Source: Escherichia phage vB_EcoM_VR20. From it: a stretch of DNA of 64,000 nucleotides. Made by a program: the position numbers and the translations under genes. Positions 7,566 through 17,694 of the stretch are shown here, in pieces. The stretch's first letter is position 1; every line of letters starts with the position of its first letter. The notes beneath the pieces are model-generated. The model was not told the DNA's origin and made no database searches. It worked only from the letters and a program-made list of their open reading frames with translations. The stretch is from the sequence record NC_028894.1. One strand, 5' to 3'.

Positions 7566-7799
7566 TTATTTTTTACGGAAAATTGATTTATACTGTTTAG
7601 CCCATTTCTCGATAACTTCTGCTGGACCCTGGATAACAAAATAGTCCCCAAACTCTTCACCGCCGAGCTGACCGTAATTATCTAAGGCGTCGCGGAGAGT
7701 TCCATAAGGCATTTCGCCCATTTTATCTTTCTTGCCGGTGTAAATGAATTGCACTTTAACATCAGCAGTTTCATTAATAAATTCTTGATAAGTTTTCAT
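7566..7799 (-). CDS. internal-protein-like small protein with N-terminal capsid targeting sequence (MKTYQEFINE)
   Basis: N-terminus MKTYQEFINE-T matches the T4 IP capsid targeting sequence with a prohead protease (gp21) type cleavage motif; own promoter/RBS module; adjacent to 57B as ipI is in T4. Confidence 0.7.
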   Translation of the reverse strand: MKTYQEFINETADVKVQFIYTGKKDKMGEMPYGTLRDALDNYGQLGGEEFGDYFVIQGPAEVIEKWAKQYKSIFRKK

Positions 7800-7824
7800 G
7801 TTGTCTCCAGTAGTTGATGGGATA

Positions 7825-7854
7825 ATTATACTGCAGTTATCCCATCACGTACAC
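7825..7854 (-). promoter_or_regulatory. early promoter with -10 in hairpin loop
   Basis: Stem GATGGGATA/TATCCCATC (7816..7846) with loop carrying TATAAT on the minus strand; GTGTAC -35 at 7849..7854. Confidence 0.55.
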
Positions 7855-8132
7855 TAAATTTTTGTATATTGTCCAGCTTTAACTTTTTTCAGTTCACGAG
7901 GGCTTACCGCGTAAGTGAATGGAGCATTCCAGGAAGAACTGACTTTGTAACCTTTAGTCAACATCATTGCTGAAACTTTCTTGTTATCAGGACCGTTTTC
8001 GCCTTTAACAAGAAACAACTCAAATGCGCCACCATCAACCGGTTTGGCCTTAACCATCAGATGTCCTTTCAGGTCTTCCAGCATATCCGGGTGACTAATT
8101 GATTCGTTAATAAATTCTTGATAAGTTTTCAT
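7854..8132 (-). CDS. internal-protein-like small protein with CTS (MKTYQEFINE)
   Basis: N-terminus MKTYQEFINE-S; unrelated body; own promoter module upstream. Confidence 0.7.
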   Translation of the reverse strand: MKTYQEFINESISHPDMLEDLKGHLMVKAKPVDGGAFELFLVKGENGPDNKKVSAMMLTKGYKVSSSWNAPFTYAVSPRELKKVKAGQYTKI

Positions 8133-8158
8133 TAGTAGCTCCAGTAGTTGATGGGATA

Positions 8159-8188
8159 ATTATACTGCATTTATCCCATCGTGTACAT
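8159..8188 (-). promoter_or_regulatory. early promoter with -10 in hairpin loop
   Basis: Perfect 10-bp stem GATGGGATAA/TTATCCCATC (8150..8180) with TATAAT in the loop; palindromic TGTACA -35 at 8183..8188. Confidence 0.55.
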
Positions 8189-8487
8189 TACATTTTTGAA
8201 CCGCGAATCACGCCATAAGCTGCGAAGTCGTCAGTGATGTTCTTAGGGGTGTTTTTACCAGTTTCAATATATGCGATGCTGGATTTCTGACCAAATGAGG
8301 TAATTTTATTATAGTTAGAGTCAAGGAAAGTATAACCATTTTTACGCAGCTGGTCAAAGTCTTCAGCGTCGCCTTTACCTTTGAAGTCAACCCATTTGTA
8401 TGTGTTTTTCTTCTGAAGGCCCAGAGGCCAGGTTTTTGCTTCTGCCAGGTAATTATTTTCTACCAAAAATTCGTGGAGCGTTTGCAT
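8188..8487 (-). CDS. internal-protein-like small protein with CTS variant (MQTLHEFLVE)
   Basis: CTS-like N-terminus; only 8 nt from the upstream gene, so probably co-transcribed. Confidence 0.6.
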   Translation of the reverse strand: MQTLHEFLVENNYLAEAKTWPLGLQKKNTYKWVDFKGKGDAEDFDQLRKNGYTFLDSNYNKITSFGQKSSIAYIETGKNTPKNITDDFAAYGVIRGSKM

Positions 8488-8495
8488 TTGAAATC

Positions 8496-8768
8496 CTATT
8501 TTAGATAAATTGCATATTTTTTATAACCAGCTGTCTCATGGCGGAGACCCTTGTCATTGGCAAAACGCTCAATGTTGTTGATTTGGTTCTGGTCAAGTTC
8601 AGAGATGTCAAACGCGAAAAAGTTGCGTTTGTTACCAATTGTTATATGGTCAGTTAAGTCAATGCTATACAAGTGATTGATATTGTCAATCATAGCTTTG
8701 ACTGCTTTACTAATTTTTACTTCTTCATTCAGTTGGGACTCGTTGAAAAGTTCATTAAAAGTTTTCAT
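8496..8768 (-). CDS. internal-protein-like small protein with CTS variant (MKTFNELFNE)
   Basis: CTS-like N-terminus; tightly packed behind 8777..9109. Confidence 0.6.
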   Translation of the reverse strand: MKTFNELFNESQLNEEVKISKAVKAMIDNINHLYSIDLTDHITIGNKRNFFAFDISELDQNQINNIERFANDKGLRHETAGYKKYAIYLK

Positions 8769-8776
8769 AAGAAACC

Positions 8777-9109
8777 TTATTTATACAGTTTAGCTAGTTC
8801 TTTACGTCCGCGAGCAGACATAATGAATTGTTCATCACCAATTTTGAAATAAGCCATACCGCCGTCAACAGCGATGCCAATTTCTTTAGTACCTTCTTTG
8901 CCTTTCCACTTACCACCAGATTTCAGGACAGCTTCAACTGCAGCTTTGGAATATTTGGACGTTTGAAAACGTTCATTACCAATCTGAAAGAAAACACCAT
9001 CTGCATTTTTGGATAAACCAAATTTCAGAGAGCCTTCACTATCATCAATTGATTTGGTCTCATTGATGGCGGATTCGGCTAAAAACTCGTTGTAAGTTTT
9101 GATGTTCAT
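8777..9109 (-). CDS. internal-protein-like small protein with CTS variant (MNIKTYNEFLAE)
   Basis: CTS-like N-terminus with LAE cleavage motif; GGAG RBS; stem-loop promoter upstream; directly downstream of 57B. Confidence 0.65.
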   Translation of the reverse strand: MNIKTYNEFLAESAINETKSIDDSEGSLKFGLSKNADGVFFQIGNERFQTSKYSKAAVEAVLKSGGKWKGKEGTKEIGIAVDGGMAYFKIGDEQFIMSARGRKELAKLYK

Positions 9110-9140
9110 TTTAACTCCGTTTGTTCATTGGTGTAGGAAC

Positions 9141-9169
9141 ATAATACTGCACCTACACTCATTTGTACA
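9141..9169 (-). promoter_or_regulatory. early promoter with -10 in hairpin loop (covarying stem)
   Basis: Stem GTGTAGG/CCTACAC (9131..9158) differs in sequence from the other copies but keeps the pairing; loop carries TATTAT; TGTACA -35 at 9164..9169. Confidence 0.5.
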
Positions 9170-9854
<685 letters not shown>

Positions 9855-9855
<1 letters not shown>

Positions 9856-10532
9856 TATAGTACCTTATTAATTTTATCAAAAAGTTCATCGAGTGTGCCA
9901 TCGTTTTTAATAACAATGTCACTAGCTAGTGGTGGAAGTCCAGCTTCCGTAATGTGTGTATCAGTAGAATGATTTGCTTCATCGCGTTCTACAAAGATTA
10001 TTGTAGCACCCATCGCCCGAAGCGAATCAAGTTCGTTCTTTTGGCGAACATCCGGGACAACGTAATATTTATATCCAGAATAGAGGTTGTCAAGATAGTC
10101 GCATGCAAAAGTTTTAATCCAAAACATGCTGTCGAACTCTGTACAAACGATGTCAGTTCCAAGGGTCTGCATGAAACGTCTAACTGTCCAGGGCTCAACA
10201 TTATTTAGTGTGTGAAATTCAATAATTTTACGAACCATATCTGGATTCGGAAGGTCAAGATTGTATTGTTGTTTCAACCATTCAAGAGCATCAACCAGAA
10301 GAATATAAGCTTCGGTGTTGTTCATTATCAAGGTTTTTTCACGGTCATAACCTTGTCCATCAAAATTTTCCAGGGTCAAATTGTGTGGTAGGTCTTGACG
10401 AATCCACGCTTTATAAAGCGCTTCTTTAATCGGACCCGCAAGCTGCCACTTTGTTCCGTTTTGACTAATAACATAATCAGCAGTCGTATCTTTACCACTG
10501 CGTTTTTTACCCACAATCGCAATTAATTTCAT
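9855..10532 (-). CDS. 1: gp1, deoxynucleoside monophosphate kinase
   Basis: P-loop GKKRSGKDT and overall resemblance to T4 gp1; synteny. Confidence 0.85.
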
Positions 10533-11128
10533 ACGTTTCTCATAGATGGATGCATTGACTTAGACCTGATTTCCTGTTGCATTGCTGCATTACTATCAAT
10601 CTGTGGTCTACCTTCTATTATTATACCATCAATTTCTACAGCAAAAGACTTAAAGTTAAAAGTTGCTGTTGCATTGATAGCCGGGTCAGAATCTTCTTTA
10701 TATGAATACTGAATCTCTGACAGGTCGGACGGCCATGCTCCATAGTAATGGATTGACATGACAATTTTGTCCTTGTTGTTATCTAAGATATGAAGCGTGA
10801 CCGCTTCGGGACGACCCTTTGGATGCCATGCTTTTGATTCGTGTGTGATGTAGTTGTTGAGCGAGAGCATCCATTTATAGATATCAAGCCATGCTCTTAG
10901 GTCTTTGTCACACAGAAAGTTAACAATCAGCGGGTCGAATTCTATTGTACTACCAGGAAGACTGGAGCGATTTATACCTTGTGTCCCCCCGGGGACATCC
11001 GTCACAGGAATGTGAACTCCTGGGAGGGTAACATCTTGAACGTTGAGTTTAAAGGTCTGTGTGAGGTTTGAATCGCTTACCTCTAATATAAAGTTAGTCG
11101 TGTTAGTTTGATTATATAAACCTGACAT
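10529..11128 (-). CDS. 3: gp3-like tail completion / sheath stabiliser protein
   Basis: Synteny (1-3-2-4 as in T4); ATG at 11128 with AAGGTG RBS; the track N-terminal extension overlaps gene 2 and is rejected. Confidence 0.6.
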   Translation of the reverse strand: MSGLYNQTNTTNFILEVSDSNLTQTFKLNVQDVTLPGVHIPVTDVPGGTQGINRSSLPGSTIEFDPLIVNFLCDKDLRAWLDIYKWMLSLNNYITHESKAWHPKGRPEAVTLHILDNNKDKIVMSIHYYGAWPSDLSEIQYSYKEDSDPAINATATFNFKSFAVEIDGIIIEGRPQIDSNAAMQQEIRSKSMHPSMRNV

Positions 11129-11213
11129 AGTGCACCTTGTTTGCTTTAAAACAATCAGTGTTATAATGGTTCTAGACCTTTTGTCCTTACCAATAACACT
11201 GACCGATAATAGA

Positions 11214-12047
11214 TTATGAATTTCTCCATACTTTCTGAGAAGAGAATCTTTTGCCTTTCGACATAAATTGTTGCAACGGAAGCATAACAACATTTGCCCA
11301 GTCGCTGGGCTTGATTTCAGTAATAGTACCTTTTATATTGCCAGGTATATATGCTTTAATCATCTGGTCAGCCCCTTTAAATCCCTTCACCTTTGACCAA
11401 TCAATTTTCAGATGAGTCTTGTTCGTAATCGTAGGAGTATTAGCATATTGCTTAAGAAGTTCCTCAAGGAACTCTTGACGCGCCTTCGGTGGAATATAGT
11501 GCAAGTTCAAACCATACATCAAATTGTGCTTACCTAGCCCAAGATAAATGATTAACGGATATTTGTCCCAGTACGGAAGAGTATCCTTATGCTTTGCATC
11601 ATAGATATAAGCATAAATCTTACCTGGTTGAGGTTTAGCCGTTACGTGACCGCGAACTGATTTCTTAATTGTCTCGGCGAACCATCTGGCAGATTTGGTG
11701 TTGCTTGCTGCACCTTCGTTAGCAATCTTATCTCTTATGCTCTTCCTAAAGCTATTCACCATTATCAGCTGGCGTTCAGCCTTCGTAAGTTTACCAGCAG
11801 GTTTCTTTTTGAGCTTGGATACTTTATAAGCAGTCTGAATTCTCGAATGGTATCTTGACATGCTTTTGGTAAAGGTCGAATAGTTGATTCCTTTCTCTTC
11901 AGCAAACTTCTTCGAGGTCATTCCCTTTTCTTTTGCTGTATAAAATTCAACCCCTATCTCAACCCATTGTTGTTCGGATTTACTGGGTTTCGGACCTGGT
12001 TTATCTGCAGATTCATTGATAAATGTAAAAATACTCATCCTTTCCAT
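11214..12047 (-). CDS. 2: gp2, DNA end protector protein
   Basis: 277 aa, basic; synteny between genes 3 and 4. Confidence 0.7.
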   Translation of the reverse strand: MERMSIFTFINESADKPGPKPSKSEQQWVEIGVEFYTAKEKGMTSKKFAEEKGINYSTFTKSMSRYHSRIQTAYKVSKLKKKPAGKLTKAERQLIMVNSFRKSIRDKIANEGAASNTKSARWFAETIKKSVRGHVTAKPQPGKIYAYIYDAKHKDTLPYWDKYPLIIYLGLGKHNLMYGLNLHYIPPKARQEFLEELLKQYANTPTITNKTHLKIDWSKVKGFKGADQMIKAYIPGNIKGTITEIKPSDWANVVMLPLQQFMSKGKRFSSQKVWRNS

Positions 12048-12484
12048 CCTAATTTTTTCAGTGAGTTTTCAGTGATTATCCTGAACGTTATACCCATCTT
12101 ATCCGCGGTAGCTTGCGCAGCTTTCCATTTGTCAGAGTTAACGCTCCAGGTGTACATCTCATTAATAAATCTCTTTTTACTCGCAGTGGTATTATTAACC
12201 GGTTTGGTTGGGGGTCTTGTTTCTTTTAATGGTTTAACTTCGAAAAAGAACTGTTGCCCCGTATCGAACTTAACCCAGAAATCCATATAATATCTGCGTT
12301 TTTTCCCTTCAGCGTTGCAGAAGTATGGAATAATCACAGTCTCAGAGCCCCATTGAACAACGTTCGGATGGTTGTCGAGCCATCTCATCAACCACGCCTC
12401 CCAGCTTGACCGGTATTGTATTTTCTTCCAGTCGCCCTTATATTTTTCTATATTGGTGGGCTTAAATTTCCCGGAGTATGCCAT
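12035..12484 (-). CDS. 4: gp4, head completion protein
   Basis: MAYSGKF...YRS.WE...[14 protein letters not shown]...FRI.TE, recognisable as T4 gp4; AGGAGG RBS. Confidence 0.9.
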   Translation of the reverse strand: MAYSGKFKPTNIEKYKGDWKKIQYRSSWEAWLMRWLDNHPNVVQWGSETVIIPYFCNAEGKKRRYYMDFWVKFDTGQQFFFEVKPLKETRPPTKPVNNTTASKKRFINEMYTWSVNSDKWKAAQATADKMGITFRIITENSLKKLGWKG

Positions 12485-12512
12485 ATAGCCTCCTAATAAA
12501 TATTGATATACT

Positions 12513-12520
12513 TATTTATA
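12513..12520 (-). promoter_or_regulatory. late promoter (TATAAATA on minus strand) for gene 4
   Basis: Plus-strand tatttata = TATAAATA on the minus strand, about 30 nt upstream of the gene 4 ATG. Confidence 0.6.
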
Positions 12521-12524
12521 AATG
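12517..12524 (+). promoter_or_regulatory. late promoter (TATAAATG) for gene 53
   Basis: TATAAATg followed by GGAGG and ATG at 12533; overlaps the divergent minus-strand late promoter. Confidence 0.55.
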
Positions 12525-12532
12525 GAGGCTTT

Positions 12533-13135
12533 ATGCTTTTTTCATTTTTTAACCCAATTGATTATGATGCGAAAACAATCAGAAAAAACTCGGCATCATT
12601 GACGAAAGAAGACGTCTTAAGCATTCCAATGACTGACATCTTCAGAAACTACCGCGCTTATTTCGATAAGGTCGCTGCTAATTATACACCCAAAACCTAT
12701 TACATTGCAGGAGCTCCGAGACCCGAAGAATTGTCATATCAGCTCTATGGGAACACGCAGCTCTATTGGGTTCTCCTGATGATTAATGACATCTATGACC
12801 CTTATTATGGTTGGCTTGGTTCTCAGGAATCATCCTATCAGGCATCTATTCAGAAATATTCGAATGTCGGTGGTAACCAGGTCCTTTATCATGTGAATGA
12901 AGATGGTGAAAAGTTCTGGAACCTTGTATCTTACCCTGATAATCCATACACCTGGTACGATAAAGGTGACCGCAACAGATTATATCCGCAATACGAAGGC
13001 CCATTGGCTGCAGTGGATATCTATGAAGATGCTATCCGTAAAAATGAATACAAACGCGAAATAAAAATAATTGACCCAGAAGATATTGAGTCATTTATTT
13101 CTGCGCTTATCCGTGAAATGGAGAAGGCTCTATGA
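12533..13135 (+). CDS. 53: gp53, baseplate wedge protein
   Basis: Synteny upstream of gene 5; ATG at 12533 with GGAGG RBS (track start 12503 is TTG); 200 aa. Confidence 0.75.
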   Translation: MLFSFFNPIDYDAKTIRKNSASLTKEDVLSIPMTDIFRNYRAYFDKVAANYTPKTYYIAGAPRPEELSYQLYGNTQLYWVLLMINDIYDPYYGWLGSQESSYQASIQKYSNVGGNQVLYHVNEDGEKFWNLVSYPDNPYTWYDKGDRNRLYPQYEGPLAAVDIYEDAIRKNEYKREIKIIDPEDIESFISALIREMEKAL

Positions 13136-14874
13136 TTAATATGTCAGATAATGTAAGTTGGTTCGTCGGGGTTGTCGAAGACCGAATGGACCCACTTCAG
13201 CAAGGTCGTGTTCGTGTTCGTGTATGGGGTATGCATCCATATGAGAAAGCACAAGGGCCTGTTAAAGGTATCAGAACCGAAGACCTTCCTTGGATGTCTG
13301 TATTGATGCCGACATCATCTGCATCAGTTTCTGGGATTCAAACTGCCATGACTGGTATGGTCCCAGGTACTCAAGTATATGGTCACTTTTTAGACAAGTG
13401 GAAGCTCAACGGTCTTGTTATTGGTACGTATGGTTCAGCCTCAAGACAAAAAGCAAATCCTAACGAAGGTTTCTCTGACCCCACAGGGCAATACCCACTT
13501 TATGTTGGTAATGATGCGGCGGCGCTTAACCGTGGCGGTGAAGTCGGTTATGATGCAACTTCGAACGTAATTCAGGATGCAAACCTTGACCTTGGTATTA
13601 ACCCCGATGGCCTTGATCTGAGTCAGGTTAAACCGGATGATAATCCTAATTTCACAATTGAAAATATGCTCCACCGTGATGAAGGTCTTCGACTGAAGGT
13701 ATATTGGGACACCGAAGGTTATCCTACTATAGGTATAGGGCACTTAATTGCACCACAACCTATTAGAGATATGAATCAGATAAACAAAATATTATCTAAT
13801 CAAATAGGCCGTGAAGTTAAAGGTAACCCTGGTGCAATATCAATGGACGAGGCTTCTAAGTTATTTCAAGAAGACCTTAAAAAAGTTCAAAACGATATAG
13901 GTAGGCATAGCGTTGTGGGCCCGGTTTATAATAAAGAAAACCGTTCGAGACAAATGGCTCTTGAAAACATGGCTTTCCAAATGGGATTAGGCGGATTGGC
14001 TAAATTCCGTGGAATGCTTAGCGCAATGTTAGTAGGTGATTATAAAAAGGCATTTGAGGAAGCTCGTAATTCAGTATGGTTTAACCAAACTAAAGGGCGT
14101 GCATCAAGGGTATCAATGATTATCCTTACGGGTAATATGGAATCATACGGTATTATGGCCCCAAAAGAAAGAGAATTTAAAGGGCGTTCGTATAGGATGA
14201 TTCAAACCTTTGCGGCTCCTACAAATTCTGACCCAGCCGACCCGTGGACTCCAGAAGATACAAGGATTCTATTTAAAGAGCCAGAATCAAGTTACAAGGG
14301 CGAATATCCTTATGTGCAGACAATGCAAACCGAAGGCGGGCATGTACAGGAATTCGATAACACCCCAGGGCAAGAACGTTATCGACTGATTCATCCGACC
14401 GGTTCCTATGAGGAAGTTGCACCAGATGGTCGTAAGACTTCGAAGACAGTGGCTGATGGTTATTATATGACCCAGGGCGATTCGAGTACTTACGTTGGTG
14501 GTAATAATAAAGTCAACGTTGGTGGTGATGAAACCTATTATAATATGGCTAATGTTCGTCGTCAGACCGATGGAAACGAAACCATCCATATTCGTGGTAA
14601 CGAAGAGAAAACTGTAGAAGGTAATGGGACTCTTCGTGTTAAAGGCAACGTTACTGTTATTGTTGAAGGAAATGCTGACGTTACTGTTAAGGGGGATGCG
14701 ACTACAATGGTAGAAGGCAACGAAACTCGCACAACTAATGGTAATTTAAATTGGACTGTAAATGGTACCGTATCGTGGACTTGTGCAGGTGCTTGGTCCG
14801 AGACTATGGCTTCAATGAGTTCTATTGCATCAGGTCAATATACTATTGATGGTTCGAGGATTGACATTGGCTAA
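13132..14874 (+). CDS. 5: gp5, baseplate hub / cell-puncturing protein with lysozyme domain
   Basis: Central T4-lysozyme-like domain (DEGLRLKVYWDTEGYPTIGIGHL) and C-terminal beta-helix repeats (VEGNxxxTVKG). Confidence 0.95.
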   Translation: MINMSDNVSWFVGVVEDRMDPLQQGRVRVRVWGMHPYEKAQGPVKGIRTEDLPWMSVLMPTSSASVSGIQTAMTGMVPGTQVYGHFLDKWKLNGLVIGTYGSASRQKANPNEGFSDPTGQYPLYVGNDAAALNRGGEVGYDATSNVIQDANLDLGINPDGLDLSQVKPDDNPNFTIENMLHRDEGLRLKVYWDTEGYPTIGIGHLIAPQPIRDMNQINKILSNQIGREVKGNPGAISMDEASKLFQEDLKKVQNDIGRHSVVGPVYNKENRSRQMALENMAFQMGLGGLAKFRGMLSAMLVGDYKKAFEEARNSVWFNQTKGRASRVSMIILTGNMESYGIMAPKEREFKGRSYRMIQTFAAPTNSDPADPWTPEDTRILFKEPESSYKGEYPYVQTMQTEGGHVQEFDNTPGQERYRLIHPTGSYEEVAPDGRKTSKTVADGYYMTQGDSSTYVGGNNKVNVGGDETYYNMANVRRQTDGNETIHIRGNEEKTVEGNGTLRVKGNVTVIVEGNADVTVKGDATTMVEGNETRTTNGNLNWTVNGTVSWTCAGAWSETMASMSSIASGQYTIDGSRIDIG

Positions 14875-14908
14875 TATACTTCCAATGAGCACTGACTTAG
14901 GAGACTCC

Positions 14909-15406
14909 ATGGAAGGAGCTTCAATCGATGTTACGTTTACAGCTCAATTAGAAACAAACGAAACATTAGTCGAAATAAATATAACTGAATATGAGGCCAC
15001 CCCTGGCGTTAATGTTGAGGGTAATCATCTTTATGGTGTTTATGAATCCGTGTTCGGATTTGCAGATGATGCGCTTAAATACCGACTTAACGATGAATTC
15101 AAAACTGCCGGTTCATGGGAAGACCTTCCTGCAGATAAGAGTACTCAATTGTATCTCTGGAGGGCCCCAGCGAGCCTCCAGAAGGTCTTTTCATACACGG
15201 TAACCCTAACCTATGACTTTCAAGAAGAGAGCTCTGGTGGAGACACAGGGAGCTCTGGCGGCAGTAATAGCCGTGCAGGTAATGAGACCGACCCACCTCC
15301 TGCTCCAGTAAGAAAGACAATGACAAAAGTTTACACAAAAACTATTGTCGGTAACTGGTCAAGATGGGCAGATAAATTGCGTTCATACGTATACGCGAGG
15401 GATTAA
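14909..15406 (+). CDS. gene 5.1-like hypothetical protein
   Basis: ATG at 14909 with AGGAGA RBS (track start 14825 is TTG inside gene 5); position between 5 and 5.4. Confidence 0.5.
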   Translation: MEGASIDVTFTAQLETNETLVEINITEYEATPGVNVEGNHLYGVYESVFGFADDALKYRLNDEFKTAGSWEDLPADKSTQLYLWRAPASLQKVFSYTVTLTYDFQEESSGGDTGSSGGSNSRAGNETDPPPAPVRKTMTKVYTKTIVGNWSRWADKLRSYVYARD

Positions 15407-15699
15407 TGGCTGGATTAAGTTTTAATCAATGTGTTACAGCAGGTCACGAAGCATGGCCGCCGACTGTAATCAATGCAACTCAAGGTAAAGTATTCACCGG
15501 GGGAATTCCGGTATTAGTTGCCGGAGACCCTATTACCGAGCATACCGAAATTAAAAAACCATATGAAACCCATGGTGGAGTAACACAACCGAGAACTCCG
15601 AAGGTATTCGTTACCGGTAAGAAAGCTGTTCAAATGGCAGACCCGATTTCATGTGGTGATACTGTGGCTCAAGCCTCATCAAAAGTCTTTATAAAATAG
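15406..15699 (+). CDS. 5.4: gp5.4, PAAR-repeat spike tip protein
   Basis: 97 aa, same size as T4 gp5.4; position between 5 and 6. Confidence 0.8.
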   Translation: MAGLSFNQCVTAGHEAWPPTVINATQGKVFTGGIPVLVAGDPITEHTEIKKPYETHGGVTQPRTPKVFVTGKKAVQMADPISCGDTVAQASSKVFIK

Positions 15700-15707
15700 G
15701 AAATAAA

Positions 15708-17666
15708 ATGGCTACTCCTACGAATTACCAATTAACAAGAACCGTTAACGCTATCCCAAAAGTATTTGTGGGAGCTACGTTTGAAGAAATTAAAAAGAAT
15801 ATCATTGACTGGCTATCAAGCCAGGATGAATTTAAGGATTATGATTTCGTAGGTTCGCGAATGAATATCCTGATTGATATGCTTGCATACAATACATTGT
15901 ATATGCAACAGTTTGCTAACACGGCAGTTTATGAATCATTTATCGGAACTGCAAACCTAAGGTCTTCGGTTGTTCAGGCTGCACAGGATAATGGTTATCT
16001 TCCATCTTCACGTTCGGCCGCAAAGACTTCGGTTATGTTAACATGTTCTCACGCTCTCCAACCATCGAATATTGAAATCCCGCGCGGGACTAAGTTCCTG
16101 GCTTATGCTCGTGATACATCAGCTGACCCTTATATGTTTGTCACAACGGATAATGTAATCGCGGTAAAAGACATTAACAACCAATATCTGCCGATTGTAT
16201 CCCTTGCACAAGGTCGTATTATTCGTACTGAACTTTTGTATGACCCGAAACAACCTATTCTTATTCGTGACCCGGATATTGACCGAAAAGAAGTTAAGCT
16301 TTTTGTGAACGGTATCGAGTGGACCGACTGGACAAACAAATCAATGGTTCATGCTGGCTCAACGTCCACCATTTTCTATATGCGCGAAACTGTTGATGGT
16401 AATACTGAATTCTTCTTCGGTGAAGGCGAATCGACCAAATCTGTTGCCGGTGGCGTATTGGAAGCCAACTATATTGGTGGATTGAAACCCGTACAGGATT
16501 CGACAATTGTTATCGAATATCTTCGCACATCAGGGGCTGATGCAAATGGTGCAGTTGATTTCAGCTATGCAGACTCCTTGACTTATATCACTGTTGACAA
16601 GATTACCGAAAACTACAATAACGATAAAGATTACGTTGGAGCTGATGGCGGTGGTGACCCGGAAGATATTGAACGAATCCGTGAACTGGCTGTAGTTAAA
16701 CGTGAAGCGCAGATGCGTGCTGTCACCGGGACCGATTATGATACCTTCGTATCAGAAAGATTCGGCTCAATCGTACAAGCCGTACAGACGTTTACAGACG
16801 CAAATAAACCTGGGTATGCGTTTATATCAGTTAAGCCTAAATCGGGCTTGTATCTTACCGCAGTGCAGCGTGAGGACATCAAAAACTACCTTAGTGAGTT
16901 CAACGTATCGACAATTACACCATCAGTTATTTCTCCTGATTATTTGTTCCTTAAACACAATATCAAAGTGTCTTATGCGCTGAATAAATTACAGGAATCT
17001 GAACAGTGGTTGCAAGCACAAATCATTAACCAGATTGACCGCTATTATATTGATGAAGTTGAATTGTTTAACCACAGTTTTGCTAAATCGAAAATGCTCA
17101 CTTATGTGGATAATACTGACCATAGTATTTTGGGTTCGTCTGCAACGGTGACAATGGTTCGCGAGGTCTTGAACTTCTTTAAGACTCCAGAATCCGGCAT
17201 TAAATATTATAATCAATATACTAATAGGTCGGTGGAATCAAGCGAATTCGAATTCGTTCCAACAAACCAAAGCGATACCGTTACCTCCTATAACGTCCGT
17301 ATTGTAGCGACTGACCGCAACTCTTCTGGCGATGGTAAAATGGTCATTGGTCCGTTCCGTCCAGGTGATGTTCAGCTTAATGCGAATATTCAACCTTATA
17401 CAGGTAATGACTTTAATAAGATGGTTGCACCTGCTGACCAGACTCAATACTTTGTAATCGGTGAAATCGATTATTGGTCTGATTATATCTTCTGGGATAT
17501 CGCCGCGATTGGTTTGACTTCAGACCGTTTTGAAGTGCAAACAATCGAACTATATGCGGGTCCAGACCAGGACAACATCTATACAAAAGACGGTTCGCTT
17601 ATCGTATTCGAAAATGACCTTCGTCCACATTATACGACTATTAATTTAGAACCAATTACATTATAA
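15708..17666 (+). CDS. 6: gp6, baseplate wedge protein
   Basis: 652 aa; synteny. Confidence 0.85.
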   Translation: MATPTNYQLTRTVNAIPKVFVGATFEEIKKNIIDWLSSQDEFKDYDFVGSRMNILIDMLAYNTLYMQQFANTAVYESFIGTANLRSSVVQAAQDNGYLPSSRSAAKTSVMLTCSHALQPSNIEIPRGTKFLAYARDTSADPYMFVTTDNVIAVKDINNQYLPIVSLAQGRIIRTELLYDPKQPILIRDPDIDRKEVKLFVNGIEWTDWTNKSMVHAGSTSTIFYMRETVDGNTEFFFGEGESTKSVAGGVLEANYIGGLKPVQDSTIVIEYLRTSGADANGAVDFSYADSLTYITVDKITENYNNDKDYVGADGGGDPEDIERIRELAVVKREAQMRAVTGTDYDTFVSERFGSIVQAVQTFTDANKPGYAFISVKPKSGLYLTAVQREDIKNYLSEFNVSTITPSVISPDYLFLKHNIKVSYALNKLQESEQWLQAQIINQIDRYYIDEVELFNHSFAKSKMLTYVDNTDHSILGSSATVTMVREVLNFFKTPESGIKYYNQYTNRSVESSEFEFVPTNQSDTVTSYNVRIVATDRNSSGDGKMVIGPFRPGDVQLNANIQPYTGNDFNKMVAPADQTQYFVIGEIDYWSDYIFWDIAAIGLTSDRFEVQTIELYAGPDQDNIYTKDGSLIVFENDLRPHYTTINLEPITL

Positions 17667-17684
17667 GCCTCTTCGGAGGCTTTA
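17666..17684 (+). terminator. RNA hairpin / weak terminator after gene 6
   Basis: AGCCTC-UUCG-GAGGCT tetraloop hairpin followed by TTT. Confidence 0.35.
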
Positions 17685-17694
17685 AGGAATCTTA

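Noticed and set aside
10529-11293. ORF-track N-terminal extensions using non-ATG starts
   Set aside because: Several track ORFs begin at TTG or GTG without an RBS and overlap upstream genes or promoters (for example 10529..11293, 35483..36025, 47979..49517, 50111..50575, 60357..61895); internal ATG codons with Shine-Dalgarno sequences were chosen instead.
13132-14874. Separate endolysin gene
   Set aside because: The only lysozyme-like sequence visible is the internal domain of baseplate hub protein gp5; no stand-alone endolysin ORF was recognised in this window.
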